Assembly: GCA_013239625.1 (NCBI GenBank)
Contig: MU053873.1
Span: forward strand, 1,688,524-1,752,523
Source of the DNA: Lama guanicoe
Lineage: Eukaryota
DNA length: 64,000 nt
Direction: 5' to 3'
Shown: piece after piece, positions 25,155-36,729 of the stretch
Position numbering within the stretch: position 1 is the stretch's first letter
Layout of the letters: every line of letters starts with the position of its first letter
Notes under the pieces: generated by a model
What the model saw: the letters and a program-made list of their open reading frames with translations, nothing else
The model's database searches: none
Told to the model about the DNA's origin: nothing
Made by a program: the position numbers and the translations under genes

Positions 25155-25325
25155 GAGCTGGGAGCAGTCCGGGCTCTGCCACCTAGTGCTCCCTGGCCAA
25201 GTTCCTCAGTCTCTCTGCACCTCAGTCTCCTCGGAAACAAGATGGAGATGAGAACTGACTCACTGGGTGGTGGTACAGATAAATTAAGTCTGTGTAAAAA
25301 TACTTTGCATGGTATAGAATGCCCT
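25155..25325 (+). mobile_element. MIR SINE
   Basis: gggctctgccacctag...ggccaagttcctcagtctctctgcacctcagtctcctc. Confidence 0.75.
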
Positions 25326-25621
25326 CCTGCATAGGCCATTCATTCAGCGTGCTGGGCGCTGTGCTGGGTTTGAAGGGCCATGTCCAGACTGTGTGGGCTG
25401 GGAAGGAAAGCAGGTGAATAGCCTTTACCAGCCAACAGTGTGGTTCAGGGACGAAGGTGAGTAGCTGGCTCAGAAATCATACCTCTTTGCTGTCCCTGAA
25501 GCTGCTCCCCTCTCGTCACCGCTCTGGGGCCCCCAAGATCTTCTCCCAGTGACAGACGGGCATCCGTGTGACCTTGTGCAGAGACCATGGCTATGTCAGG
25601 ACTCTGATGCCTGCTGCCAGG

Positions 25622-26021
25622 TGTGTTAGTCTGGGTTCTCCAGAGAAGCAGAAACACACACATATGGAAATTTATTACAAGAAATTGGCTCAAACGGTTA
25701 CGGAGACTGAGAAGGTCCAAGATCCGTAGTCAGTGAGCTGCATCCAGGAGGGCAGGTTGTGGAAGTGCCCAGCTGAGTACACGTGTGGAGGCAGCTGGGC
25801 CAGGAGGGAACCCTCTCTTACCCGCCTTCTGTGCTGATCAGGCCCTCCGGAGTGCACAGGTCCATGGCGCGTGGGAGGGGAGGGCAGTTTGCTCTCCTCA
25901 GTCTGCAGATTCAAATGTTAATCTCACCCAGAAGCGCCCTGACAGCCACACCCAGAATAATCTCTGATCAAGTCCAGACAGCCTGGGCCCAGTCAAGTTG
26001 ACTCATAAAATGACCATCTCA
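25622..26021 (-). mobile_element. MLT2 (ERVL) solo LTR with perfect 5-bp TSD CCAGG
   Basis: Ends tgtgttagtctgggttctccagagaa and ggcccagtcaagttgactcataaaatgaccatctca are the reverse of the MLT2 termini; CCAGG at 25617-25621 and 26022-26026. Confidence 0.9.
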
Positions 26022-27299
26022 CCAGGTTTGCTTGGAGCCTTCGGGTGGCCAGGCACCTTCACACGCTGTGTCTCAGTCGGCTCTGTGATGACCCAGTGAG
26101 AGGGTTATTCCCCTTCTCTGTTGTGTGATCCTGATGTCACAGGCTCACTGGCCTGGCCCTTTGAGCAGGTCATGCTCACCTTAAACCCAAATCTCAGTGC
26201 ACGGTTCCCTCTGGGCGGCAGCAGATCCCGCTTCTCCAGCACATGAGAGGCTTGCGTGCCTGGTCTGTGAGTCTGTCCTCTGCCTCCAGTGCCCTGGCGC
26301 TCTCCACTCTTCCACACTCATCCTTAGTCAGCAGGAGACTTTAAACAAAGTTGCTGTGTGGCCTGAGAGTCATCTGTGGGCTAGACGTCACTCAGCATTC
26401 CCACAGAGTCTGGATGGAATCAGGATGCCGGAGGAAGGCGGGGCCCACGTACAGATCTGCCCTCGCTGAGCCTCCAGCTCCGGTGGATTGTGGCACGAGG
26501 TGCGGGCTGCGGGGAGGACATCCCCCTGGGACCCGTTTTGCTCCTGTTGTGACCTCCTTGGCTTTGGTCTGCTAGGGCCACAAGGCACGGCTTTTACTTT
26601 TAATACCTTCTTTGCTATTTTAATCATACTGGTGAATCAAGGCACTCCTGGGTATTTCTATTTATTTAAAACCCATTGTGAAATGTTCTTTTACAGTCTG
26701 TCATAGGGGAAATATGAATTTATTAATTTAAAAATTATCCTCATGCTGAGTTGGAAATGGGCTCCAATCAGCAATGTTCTCAAGCCTACATTTCACATGC
26801 TCCCCCTCTGCCTCGTATCGCAGCACCTTGTGCCTGTCTGTCTCCTTGTCTGGAAAACGCCTTTGGGGGCTGCATGTCCCGCCTAGCATGGTACCTGGCA
26901 CATGGGAGGTGCTTAGTTACTGTTTCTGAGCTGGAATGGATGGGAGCTTCTGCCGCAGGGCACACTCACCTGAGCTCTGTGTGGGGAGGAATCCCCAGCC
27001 AGCCCGCGGCAGACACAGCAGACGGTGCCGTTCCTTCAGCAAACGCTACTCAGCACCAAGTCCGTGTTGGGACTCGCTGGGCACAGGGGGTGCAGCACAG
27101 GTGCCGGCAGGGGGCTCGCAGTCGGGGCGGGGGGTGATGAGTGCATCTGAGCAGCACTGGACAGGAGCCGGAGGAGGGCCCGGGACAGAGGGGATATGGG
27201 AGGTGCTGCGTGCCGGGTGTGTTGGGTGGTGGAAGCACACAGAGCCTCGGAGCAGACCCCCGCCACTCAGCGCTTCTTTTCTCTGCAACATCCCCACAG

Positions 27300-27440
27300 G
27301 GCCTGTGCCAGCAGCGAGACCGAGAGTGAAGCCGGAGACATCATGGACCAGCAGTTTGAGGAGGTGAACAACAGGCTCAACTCGGTCACCGACCCCACTG
27401 GCTTTCTCCGGATGGTTCGCCGCAACAACCTCTTTAACAG
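27300..27440 (+). CDS. TTC28: TTC28 coding exon (human exon 13 equivalent), 141 nt, phase 2/2: (R)ACASSETESEAGDIMDQQFEEVNNRLNSVTDPTGFLRMVRRNNLFN(R)
   Basis: Acceptor ...tccccacag at 27299, donor gtgcgt at 27441. Peptide recognised as TTC28; frame continues into the next exon. Confidence 0.96.
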
Positions 27441-28579
27441 GTGCGTGTGGCCTGTCCCTAGGCCCAGGGCCGGCGGGGTGCCCCAGCGCAGGCAGTGTGC
27501 TCCCCGCTGATGCTTCTTCCAGTGGCTGGACTTCCGGCTGGGGATTGCATTTGCAGAAGCGAGCGTGGGGCTCCCACGGCCCCACACTCCTCAGGGCCTC
27601 GCACCTCCGGGTCAGGTGAGAAAGCGGTGACAGGCTTGGGGTGACCTTCTGAGTTTGGCTGGGATGGGAGGCTAAGGCGACAGTCAGACGCTTCTTTCTG
27701 TTGCCTCAGAGCTGACTTCCCAAACACCAGGCAGAAGCCAGATGGAGTAGCTGCATGTGCTGCTTTCCAGCTTTTGCTGGTGACTCAGGGGCCAGGCACC
27801 TGTGTTGAACTTCCTGGCTGGAGGCTGCGGGCGGCCAGGGAGAGTGGGTGGCAGCATTGCAGGGGGGAGAGCCCATCCAGGCCCTGCCTCCCTGTTACTT
27901 GACCAGATAGGCCTCAGCCGCTTTGAGATGAGTGGAGGTTGGAATTGCCAACCAGCACAGCCGGCATCTTTTCACCAGGGCTGACAGCCGAGCTGCGTCC
28001 AGATAAACAGGCAGGCGGTTGGGGTTGAGAGGCACCTGTCCTGCTGTCATTTGGTTTCCTGGCAACATCCTAGGAGTCACATTTGGACAGAACTTTCCAG
28101 AAGGACATCCCAGACTCTCTCAGGTCCCTGCCTTTAAAGGGCAGCAGCTTGAGCCTGGCACACAGGAGGGAGGTGGCTGCGCTCGGGGTGGAGGGGCCCC
28201 GCCGGCCGCCCTATGCAGGGGGCATTGTCTGTTCCTGTCCCGGCCCTGGTTTCCTCTCATTATTGTGCTGTCAGGCTGACAAACGTGTGTTTACTTTCCC
28301 AGGGGTGAGTTGATGGGGCAGGAGCCAAGGGCTGGGGCTGTAGGAACTGGCAGCTCGGTTAAAAGGAGGCGAGTAATTCAAGCTGGTTCACCCCCAGTTT
28401 CTTTCTCATCCCTGTCCGCTTCGCAGGTGTCCCTCAGGGCTTTTAGTTTCAGGTGGGGCCAGGCCAGGCATGAGGAGGCACGGGGTTGGGCCTGGCTCCC
28501 CTCTGTTGCTGCTGCTCCTCACCTGTGAGGTGGGTGGTTCCCGACTCTGCCAGGTGCCGTGGTCTGTGGTTGTGAACTA

Positions 28580-28805
28580 GGGCGCGGAGAGCTTAGGGTC
28601 AGGTCTGGCCTTGCCGTGTGCCCGCTGGGGGACCCTGGGAGGCACGTTCTCCACTGGCAGCCTCTGTCTCCTCATCGCTGAAATGGGGACCCTACTTTGT
28701 AGGGCTCCTCTAACACGGGAATTGAAGGAGCTCACGTGTAAGGAACACGTGACAGGCTTCCTGCTGCACAGGAGGCCCCGTCCACGTGGTGACTTTCTGC
28801 TGTTT
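28580..28805 (+). mobile_element. MIR SINE (GC-shifted)
   Basis: gcctctgtctcctcatcgctgaaatggggaccctac corresponds to the MIR core. Confidence 0.65.
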
Positions 28806-29176
28806 TGAGTGAGGTGGGGAGGACAGTGCTAAGCTTGGATCTTAGGATAACGTGGTGGATAAGCTACAGAAGGGATGGAGTCTGTATGCACCTGTGCAGC
28901 AGATGCTGACCACCTGGGGTTGTGGCCTCACCTGCCGTTTTTCTTCCTATCCCACCTCATGTCCTTTGCGTGAGAAAGAAAGTGCCAAAGGCAGGCTGCT
29001 GGGCACTGCTGGGTGTCCTGGGACCCTGGCTGACTGTCCCTGGGCGGGAGGCCATGTGAACTTTGGCTCACAGAGTTGCTCATTTTGGGAAAATGGCTTT
29101 TGTCCTCCCGAGCAGCTCTGAAATAGGTCCAATGAGCACAATCCTGTGGGTCTGTTCATCAGTTCATTTAAACAAT

Positions 29177-29529
29177 GCAGGGTGGCTCTGGGACAATGCA
29201 GGGTGCAGTGGGCCCCCACCCCACTGCCAAGGCCTGACTCTGGTGTTGAGGGGGCAGTGGGGCAGGGGCGGGGAGGGTAGGCCCTGCCATCGCCCTCCGC
29301 ATGTCTCCCCATTTACCCCAAACAGGGCCTGCAGCTGTGGCTCCCCACCCCTCTGGTCCTGCCCTGGCTGCACACTCATTGCTTTTGCCTCTGAGGTCCT
29401 CTGCCAGTGGGCCGTCTCCTCGGTATGGAACCAGCAAATAGCTGAGCCCATGTGACCCACCCATTGTCCCCTCAACACCGAAGACTCAGGCCTTGACAGG
29501 GGGGAGGGGGTGCCCCCAGAGCCACCTGC
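29177..29529. repeat. Long imperfect inverted repeat (arms 29177-29261 and 29460-29529)
   Basis: Core 29228-29261 vs reverse complement of 29460-29495: 31/34 identical plus a 2-nt gap; outer segments also pair. Confidence 0.85.
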
Positions 29530-29914
29530 CCTCCAGATCCATGAGCACAAGCTGCCCTCCGTGGAGGTGGGAGGGGTAGGGTGTGTGCTGCAGCGGGACT
29601 GAGGACCACTTCTGCCCAGGGCTCTTACCTGGGGAGGAGCAGTGAGTGGAGGGGAAGGCCACTGGCCCAGCAGGGTCAGCCTGGTCAGCGTGCTGGAAGG
29701 GGTGCAAACCTGTGTCCCCCACGTTGTTTTGTACACGAGTCCCTATGGGGTCTGGTTCTTCACCAAGATCCATGTCACGCCTGCCTCCAGGCTGCCCTAA
29801 TGCGGCTGCAGCAGTGCCCACAAGTCCATCGTGGGCTGGGGGCTGATGCAGGTCTGTCTGTCCCCCTGTTCCTAGGTCTGGTGGTGGCACTTCTCTGTGG
29901 CAAGGCACAGAGGG

Positions 29915-30100
29915 GAGGGGAGAAACCCTGGGCTTAGAGGGCAGACAGACCTTGATTTGAAACCTGGCTCCACCTTTTATTACTGGGTGACCTTAAGCTT
30001 TTTATTTTTTCATCTGGAAAATGGGGGTCATGACGCCCCCTGAACTGTGGTTGGGGTGCAGTAATGTGATGATGGAGAGACAACCCTGCTGTGTGGTAAC
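29915..30100 (+). mobile_element. MIR SINE
   Basis: cagacagaccttgatttgaaacctggctccacc...gggtgacctt...catctggaaaatggggg. Confidence 0.75.
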
Positions 30101-33100
30101 TAGTTTCTTTCTCTCCCCACCTTGGGTCTGAGGTTTCTATGTTACCAAAGACCCTTGTTGGATATGAATCGCCACTTTTTGACTCAAATCTCCACCCTAA
30201 AACCTGGTTGGATAGCTCGATGCTTCTTCCCCTTACAAACTCTCTCTGGCTACCAGAAACTAGTGAGATGGGAATAAATGCGGGATGATGGAGTCCTTAC
30301 GGCCAGTCCTGACTGTGAGTCCTGGGTTCCATACCTGTCTCCTGGCTGCTGTCCTGCCAGCCCTGTCCTCTGCCCTAAGCTGGGGGCCCCGTGGCCCCAG
30401 GCCAGGGCTCTGCCTGCTCTCCTGCTGGCCCACCAGAGGGCTGAGTGTTCTCTCCAGCTCTGGCCCTGGCCAGCGGTTCTGGGCAGGGGCCTTCCCTCCC
30501 AACAGCAGCTGCAGCGGTGGGTCGTCCTCAGAGCTCCCTGCCTGTCCCCATGCACTGCCCTGAGGGCCCAGCAGTCGCCAGACCCCCATGTGCCCTCCCA
30601 CAGCCAGTGCTTCTCTCCAGGCAGCACAAACCCAAACAAGCTGAGCTGTGAAGTTAAGGACTGTCAGCGGTCACTTGAAAATTAGGGCCATCGCATAGGG
30701 TAGTGACAAGTTTGTTTAAATGCAAAAAGGTTCCCCCTCTACGTATCAAGTTTGCCATATATTTTAAGGCAACTTTCATTTATAAATAATGTTTTCTTTA
30801 CCACTTACCTGTTCACATTCTTGTTCTAGAACTGATTTAAAACAGTACCAAAACGTACTAATGCTCCAGATCGTATGGAGAATAAATAAAGGGATGAGAA
30901 AATCAACGTAGGGGGAAAACAGAGGTAGGAGAGAGGGAGTGTGTACAGACCCAGTGCACGTGGAGCGCTGCTGGGCGCGGGCACAGGTTGGACCCCTCGC
31001 AGCCAAGCAGAGGCCGTCTGGCTCGTCGGCCCTGGCCCTGTCCTGTTGACTCACAATCCACGCTGTAACAAAGTCCCCAGGGGCCTCATATGAAGGTAAA
31101 GTTGGAGAAGTGCTGTTCCCCTTGGCCTGAAGCTCCCCCTACCCCGGTGCAACTTCTAATGGGCCCTGACCACAAGCCCCCCTGCCTCCCCCTGGCTCCC
31201 ACTCCCCTCCTGATCTCACGCCCCCAGGACCCGCCAGGTTGGCCTTGTGACATTTTTGGCCCCCAGGCTGTCTGTTCCCATTGCCGAGACCATTCCTTGA
31301 GATTCACTCTCCCCCTGAAATCGCCATTTGTCAGCTGGGCAGGCCACCACACACAAGGTCACCTTCTCTCCATCCCTGAGCACGTGATGAGCCCATCCCC
31401 CCTTGACTGCCCAGCTCATCCCTGAATGAGGCCCGGAGCGGGGTCCACAGGCAAAGCCTAGGCAAGGCTAGCCTGAGCATTGGGTTTTTCTAAGGGACCA
31501 TCCCCAGACTTGGCCATGGAGCCTTCGTGCATGTTGCGGCAAAGAGCAGATGGCCGCAGCAGAGTGCCCTGGGCAGGCAGAGGCCGTGGCTCCTGCAGGA
31601 GCACAGACCCAGGCCCCTTGGTGTGTGTCACGGCCTTTGACCAACATTCCCAGGAGAGCCCAAGAGCAAGAGGAGAGAAACCACGTGCAGCCCAGTCTCA
31701 TCCCTAGGCTGGAGAGGAGCCAGTGTCACTGGAAGAGCTGGGGTCTCTGCCTGAGCCCACCCAGCCTTGTGGCTCTTCTCCTGAGGAGGGACCCAGACCC
31801 CATGAGCCAGGCACTTGGTAATTAAGGAGGTGAGCAGGCAGAAAGTGCCGACAGCTTATTGAATAAGTACTTGAAATGCAGCGTTTGACAGCCTTCATCT
31901 CCCAGAGGAGACCAGCCTTCGTGGGAGGATGTTCACTGAATGGTATCAGAGTCCTTTTTTTAAATTGAATTGAGGCATCTCTGGCTGCTTGTTTATAATG
32001 GATTTGCCAATTAATCTTTCCATTGGTGCCTTAAAACCCAGGTACTTGTTCAAATCTCAGGCCAGCTTTTGGCCCCTAAGAGGATGCAGTTGAGAGCTCA
32101 GAGCTCCAGGGGGATTTTGGAGCATCCTGGTCTGGGCTGAGGGGAGGCAGGCAGGAACTGAGTGGTTTCACGGGTGTAAGATGCAGGAGCCTTTCCCGGC
32201 TCCTTGGCTTTGAGGAGGAAGTCTCCACCAAGAGGGGTGGGGGCTCTAGAGGTTCACAAGGAGCAGAGGCAGGACCCTCCTCTCCCCGACCAGGCCTAGG
32301 ACCCTGCAGCTTGAGTGCAGACAGGAAGTCTGCAAAACTGGCCTCTGGAAAGTGATCACTGTGTGACAGAGACATGGGGGACGGTGGGGGCTGTGTGCCT
32401 AGGCAAAGGTGGCCGCACCTGGAGGCCCAGCACTGCCAGGAGGCAGCCTCCGCCTCCTCCCTCTCTTGCACACCCTGACCTGGGCACAGTTCCGCTCACA
32501 GATAGCCCGGAAACTGGTGCTTAGTGCAGTGTCTACTGTTCCGGGGGACAGGGGTGCTCCAGACAGGGGTTCAGGGCCTGAGGCTAGGCCTCAGGCTCCC
32601 CACAGAACAGAGGCCCCTCGGCTGCGGTCTTCCTGTTGCCTGACTGCAATGCAGAGTGGCCCTGCTCCAGACTTGGCCTTGGGCAGGACGCTGAACATAG
32701 ATTCTCCTCTGTGGCAGTGGAGGGGCTGGGGGTGCCAGGTGAGCCCTGCCTGGTGGTGAGGGTTCCAGTGATGGACACATGTCAGCGCCATCTGGCCCAC
32801 TCCGGAAGAGGCCCCATATCCCAGGCTTCCCTTCTTTCCCCTCCCCTCGGTAGCCCTGAAGATGTCAGGGCCAGATGTGTCCCGGGGTGGGTGTTCCTGG
32901 CTCAGCTTGGTTCCTGGCAGCCCTGTGTCTGGACAATCAGATGGGAAGGACCCGCGTGCCTGCTGGGGAACTGAGAGCAGAGGGAAGGACTTGGGAAAGG
33001 TGGGAGAAGGGAAGATCCTCCACTGCGGCCTCAGCTCTCCGGCTGGCGTGCGAGATTCAAGAGCAGGCCGCGTGCACAGGGCTCTCGAGCCCTGTTGGTC

Positions 33101-34336
33101 CTGAGATTGCGAGCTTTAGGAGGGCAGAGACCGAATTTCCACAGTCACTAATGTTGCCCTGTGGTCCCCCTCCTCAGAAGCACGTAGGGCGGGAAGGAAG
33201 CCTGCGTGGCGTCCTTCCTCTGTTCAGAGCCATGGGGAGCAAAGCTGGTTCCTCCCTAAGTCAGATCGTCCCTTCAAGCTTTCAAGAGATACATGTTTCC
33301 TAGCTGCTCCCCTGTGCTGTGCTTGGGTCTCCTGCCCCATCCCCAGACCAGAGAGTCCTGCTCTCGGTCTGCCAGAGTCTGCCCAACACAGGGCTGCCCA
33401 CCCCCGGCTGGAAGTGCATGTGGAGGGTTCCTCCCTCTGCTCCCCGGAGACAGGCAGGACGTGGTCTTAGGGCCAGGTTGGCTCCCCCCATCCCTGGGGT
33501 CTTCAGACCAGGCTGGGTCGCTCTTTGGTCTCCCCTGAGCGGGGTCGATCCTGTGCTCCCCCATCTCTGCTGCTCCTCTAGCTCTCCATCTTTGACCCCC
33601 TGACCTGGAAAGCCTGAGCAACCAGGGTGCATGTTGGGGTGGGGCACCCACCATGCTGTGCTCCCTGCACATGACCCAGCTCCCCTCCCTATTGGAGCCC
33701 TGACAGGAAGCTAGCTTGGCGCCCAGAGTGCAGCAGTTTGGACTGAGACTTACAAACGCGCATCGCGCAGACGCTCCACCATCTACCCTGACAGCCGGCA
33801 GGCACGCGCCTGCCCAGACTCGGCCACGGGGTGAGGCCGCGTCAGTGTGTGCGAGCCCGAGCACCCAGGTCTCCTGCAGGCCCAGCCCAGTCATAAACCC
33901 CCTGCCTGGGGAATAGATCTCTTCATCCCTGACGGGAGGTTCATGAGCAGCAGGGCTGCCCGGGCCGCCTGGTGTCTGTCATTCCAGAGACATAAACCAC
34001 ACCGACGCCTCTGCCCTCCTGGGCAGCGCTTCACACGTCATCCCAGAGCTCCACATCCTGGTCCTGTTCCTGTGGAGACCAGGCAGCTCCCCCTTGCCTG
34101 CCAGCAGGCCTCCCCTCTCCCTGGATAGGTGCTGCCCCCCCCCGTTACCACACAGATAGCTGTGCAGCAGAGAAAACGAAAATTTCTCCAGAAGTAGATT
34201 GTTAAACATCGTCTGAAGAATGAGCTGGTAAAGACCACGGTGTGGTGTGAGGAAATCCTCTGCTGTGAGCTGGGCTGTCTGTCAGTTACTGGGTCAGTGT
34301 CCCTGGCAATAAACGGATGCCTGGAGGAAAGAGAGC

Positions 34337-34355
34337 CAGCGCCACCTGCTGGAGA
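34337..34355 (-). promoter_or_regulatory. CTCF motif (perfect core)
   Basis: Reverse complement TCTCCAGCAGGTGGCGCTG; core CCAGCAGGTGGCGC matches CCASYAGRKGGCRS at every position. Confidence 0.6.
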
Positions 34356-35088
34356 CACGTGGTAGTGCACCAGTGAGTCCCAGGAGCCCGGCCCCTCCTC
34401 CTGCTCCCGCAAAGCCCAGGAGAGGCTGCCTGCTGTCAGCTCCGAGTTTGTGGGTCCAGCAGCGGGGATGGCAGGGGTCAGAGGTGAGTGCAGGTTGCTA
34501 GGTGTGTCTTGAAGGCTGGGAGGATGCAATAAAAACCCCTCCCCTGCCAGGTGGGTGGCCTCCTGCGAGTAACTCTTGGCCTCTCTCGACCTTGGCTCAT
34601 CTGGAAAGGAAGGCCCTGAGGGGTGAGGCTGACCTGGCAGGTGCCTGTGGGGGGAGCATTTCCACCCTGTCAAGGCACCGTTCTCTCGTCTTAGAGTCCA
34701 GATTGCTGAAGCAGAGACAAGTCAGCCAGGCTGAAAGGCCCCCACAAACCAAAGCAGTGGAGTCACCCACCCCCCTGAGGCTCCACCGCTGAAGGCCCCC
34801 CCACCCCAAGGCCGTGCTTCCACAGTACGACCCACTAGTCTGCGGTGGCAGTACCAGGAAGGAGGCAGCTGTGCCTGTGAGGACAGCAGGGAGGGAGCCG
34901 ACATCCCGCACACCCGCTCACGCTGTCAGCCACTTCTGGCCAGGGGCTCAGAGCCCAGAGGCCACTGCCATTTGGCTGTGACTCTGAATCCTGACCATGG
35001 GGGCAGCATCCGCAGAGCAGACTCTCCGGACAGGTTATGGTGCTTGAGAGCAGCAGTCACTCCCTGGCACTGTCAGGTGCAAGCACAC

Positions 35089-35100
35089 GGGGGGGGGGGG
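35089..35100 (+). repeat. G12 homopolymer
   Basis: Read directly; run length may be an assembly artefact. Confidence 0.85.
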
Positions 35101-36729
35101 CTCTGGGGACTGTAGCCATGTCCTGTAAGTCAGTAGAGGCGTTAAAAGAGCCACCACAGTTTTGACGGCTTCCTAGGTTGAGTACATTTTTAATTTTTTA
35201 AAACTAGAAGAGAGCTACAAAGAATTTAGTCCAACCCTTTCATTTTATAAGCAAGAAAAAGAGGGGAGTAGACAGGTGACATGCTTTATCGGAGTCACAC
35301 AGCCAGGGAGCAGTCAGACGGGCCAGCGTGGGCTTCTGATTCTTTGGAGTAAGTGCGTGCTTTGGTCAGCTGCCTTCCTGCGCAGCTTGATCACGCTGGT
35401 CTCCTTGTGCCTGGGGCGCTCGGGGAGCCCGGGGATGTGGAACTGCGTCTCTCTCTCTCTCCTGTAGTTCAGAGCCTTGGGGTTTGTGGGGCGCCCCATC
35501 AGTCACCTTTGGGACCTATGGCCACAGCGTTGTCTGGGGACGTGGCCCTCCCCTCGGATGTCTGTGGCCCAGTTAACAGACTCACGCGCCTCAGGTGGGG
35601 TGACCAGCCACAGTCCAGGTGGACACGTGCTAGGGAGTGACATGAGGGAGTGCTGGGAGACAGTGCTGCCCTGGCCGTGGTCCTGTCTGCCGAGCATGTG
35701 AGGGCCCACAGGCCGTGTGTGGGAGCACACGCTGCGTGTCACACCGCACGTCTCCTCTGGAGCGCGATCTGTGCTGTCTCCTTCAGGGGAGCAGTGCTCT
35801 TTGCAGTGTAGTCTAGGGAATTAAGTGAGCCTCTGAGTGTCACTCCGGGGTTAGCTGTGCTTCACTGGCTTTGACGGCAAAGACATGCCACAGCCCCGTC
35901 GCTTGTAATTACGTGTTTCCTGAGTGAGCGAGCCGGCGGAGCGGGCTGCCCGGCCCCGGGTCCTCTGCTCTTTCTTTTCTTGCGGGAGGGGATGGGGGCT
36001 GTGGTCCTCACAGCCTCACTCAGCAAGACCCTGGAATGTAGGTCAAGTGGGACGTGGCTGAGAACACCAGGGGAGGTCGGGGAGGGCCGGGGACAGAAGC
36101 CTACCTCAGACCCATGGGAACCTTTCAGACCCATTCTTAGCTGGTCATGGGTCCTTGCCTAGCCCAGGCGGGAAAGCCACGTGCTGTCTTCTCAGGTGAC
36201 AGCCAAGGAGCTGCCACTACCAGCAGCCCGGAGGCCTTCCTCAGCAGTGTGTCTGCTATAAGACCTGGTCTCTGCCTTAAGGTCCCTGAGTATCAAGCAG
36301 AGACTCCAAAACTGCGCAGTGTCTAAATCAAGGTTGGGAGACCACTGACTGACCGGCAGTCATGCAGAGGGTGTCGCCAGAGGCTGTGCTGGGCCACACC
36401 AGCCAGGCCGAGGGGCCGGTTCAGGGAGACTTGTGGGGCAGCTGGTCCTGGCATTGGAAGTGCGGTTGTTTCCTACCTGCCATCCCCTCTGCTCCCTGGT
36501 GCAGTTCGTCCTCTATTGGTCCCCAGAGCCTGCGTCAGTGCCCGTCGTGTTGCCAGCACCTGGGAAACATTTTCTCAATAAATCAATGAATGAACGACTC
36601 AATGAATGTTCTCATCCTGTGTTGGGAGTGTGAAACGTGGGGTCCTTGGGGTTGAACATACCACCCGTACTAATAAAATTTTGCCTGGAAACACTGGAAC
36701 ATACATTAAAAAGTAAAACAAAACCCTCG

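Noticed and set aside
25439..25456. Possible 18-nt in-frame microexon before a strong AAG|GTGAGT donor
   Set aside because: The acceptor has almost no pyrimidine tract and a competing upstream AG; likely a pseudo-exon.
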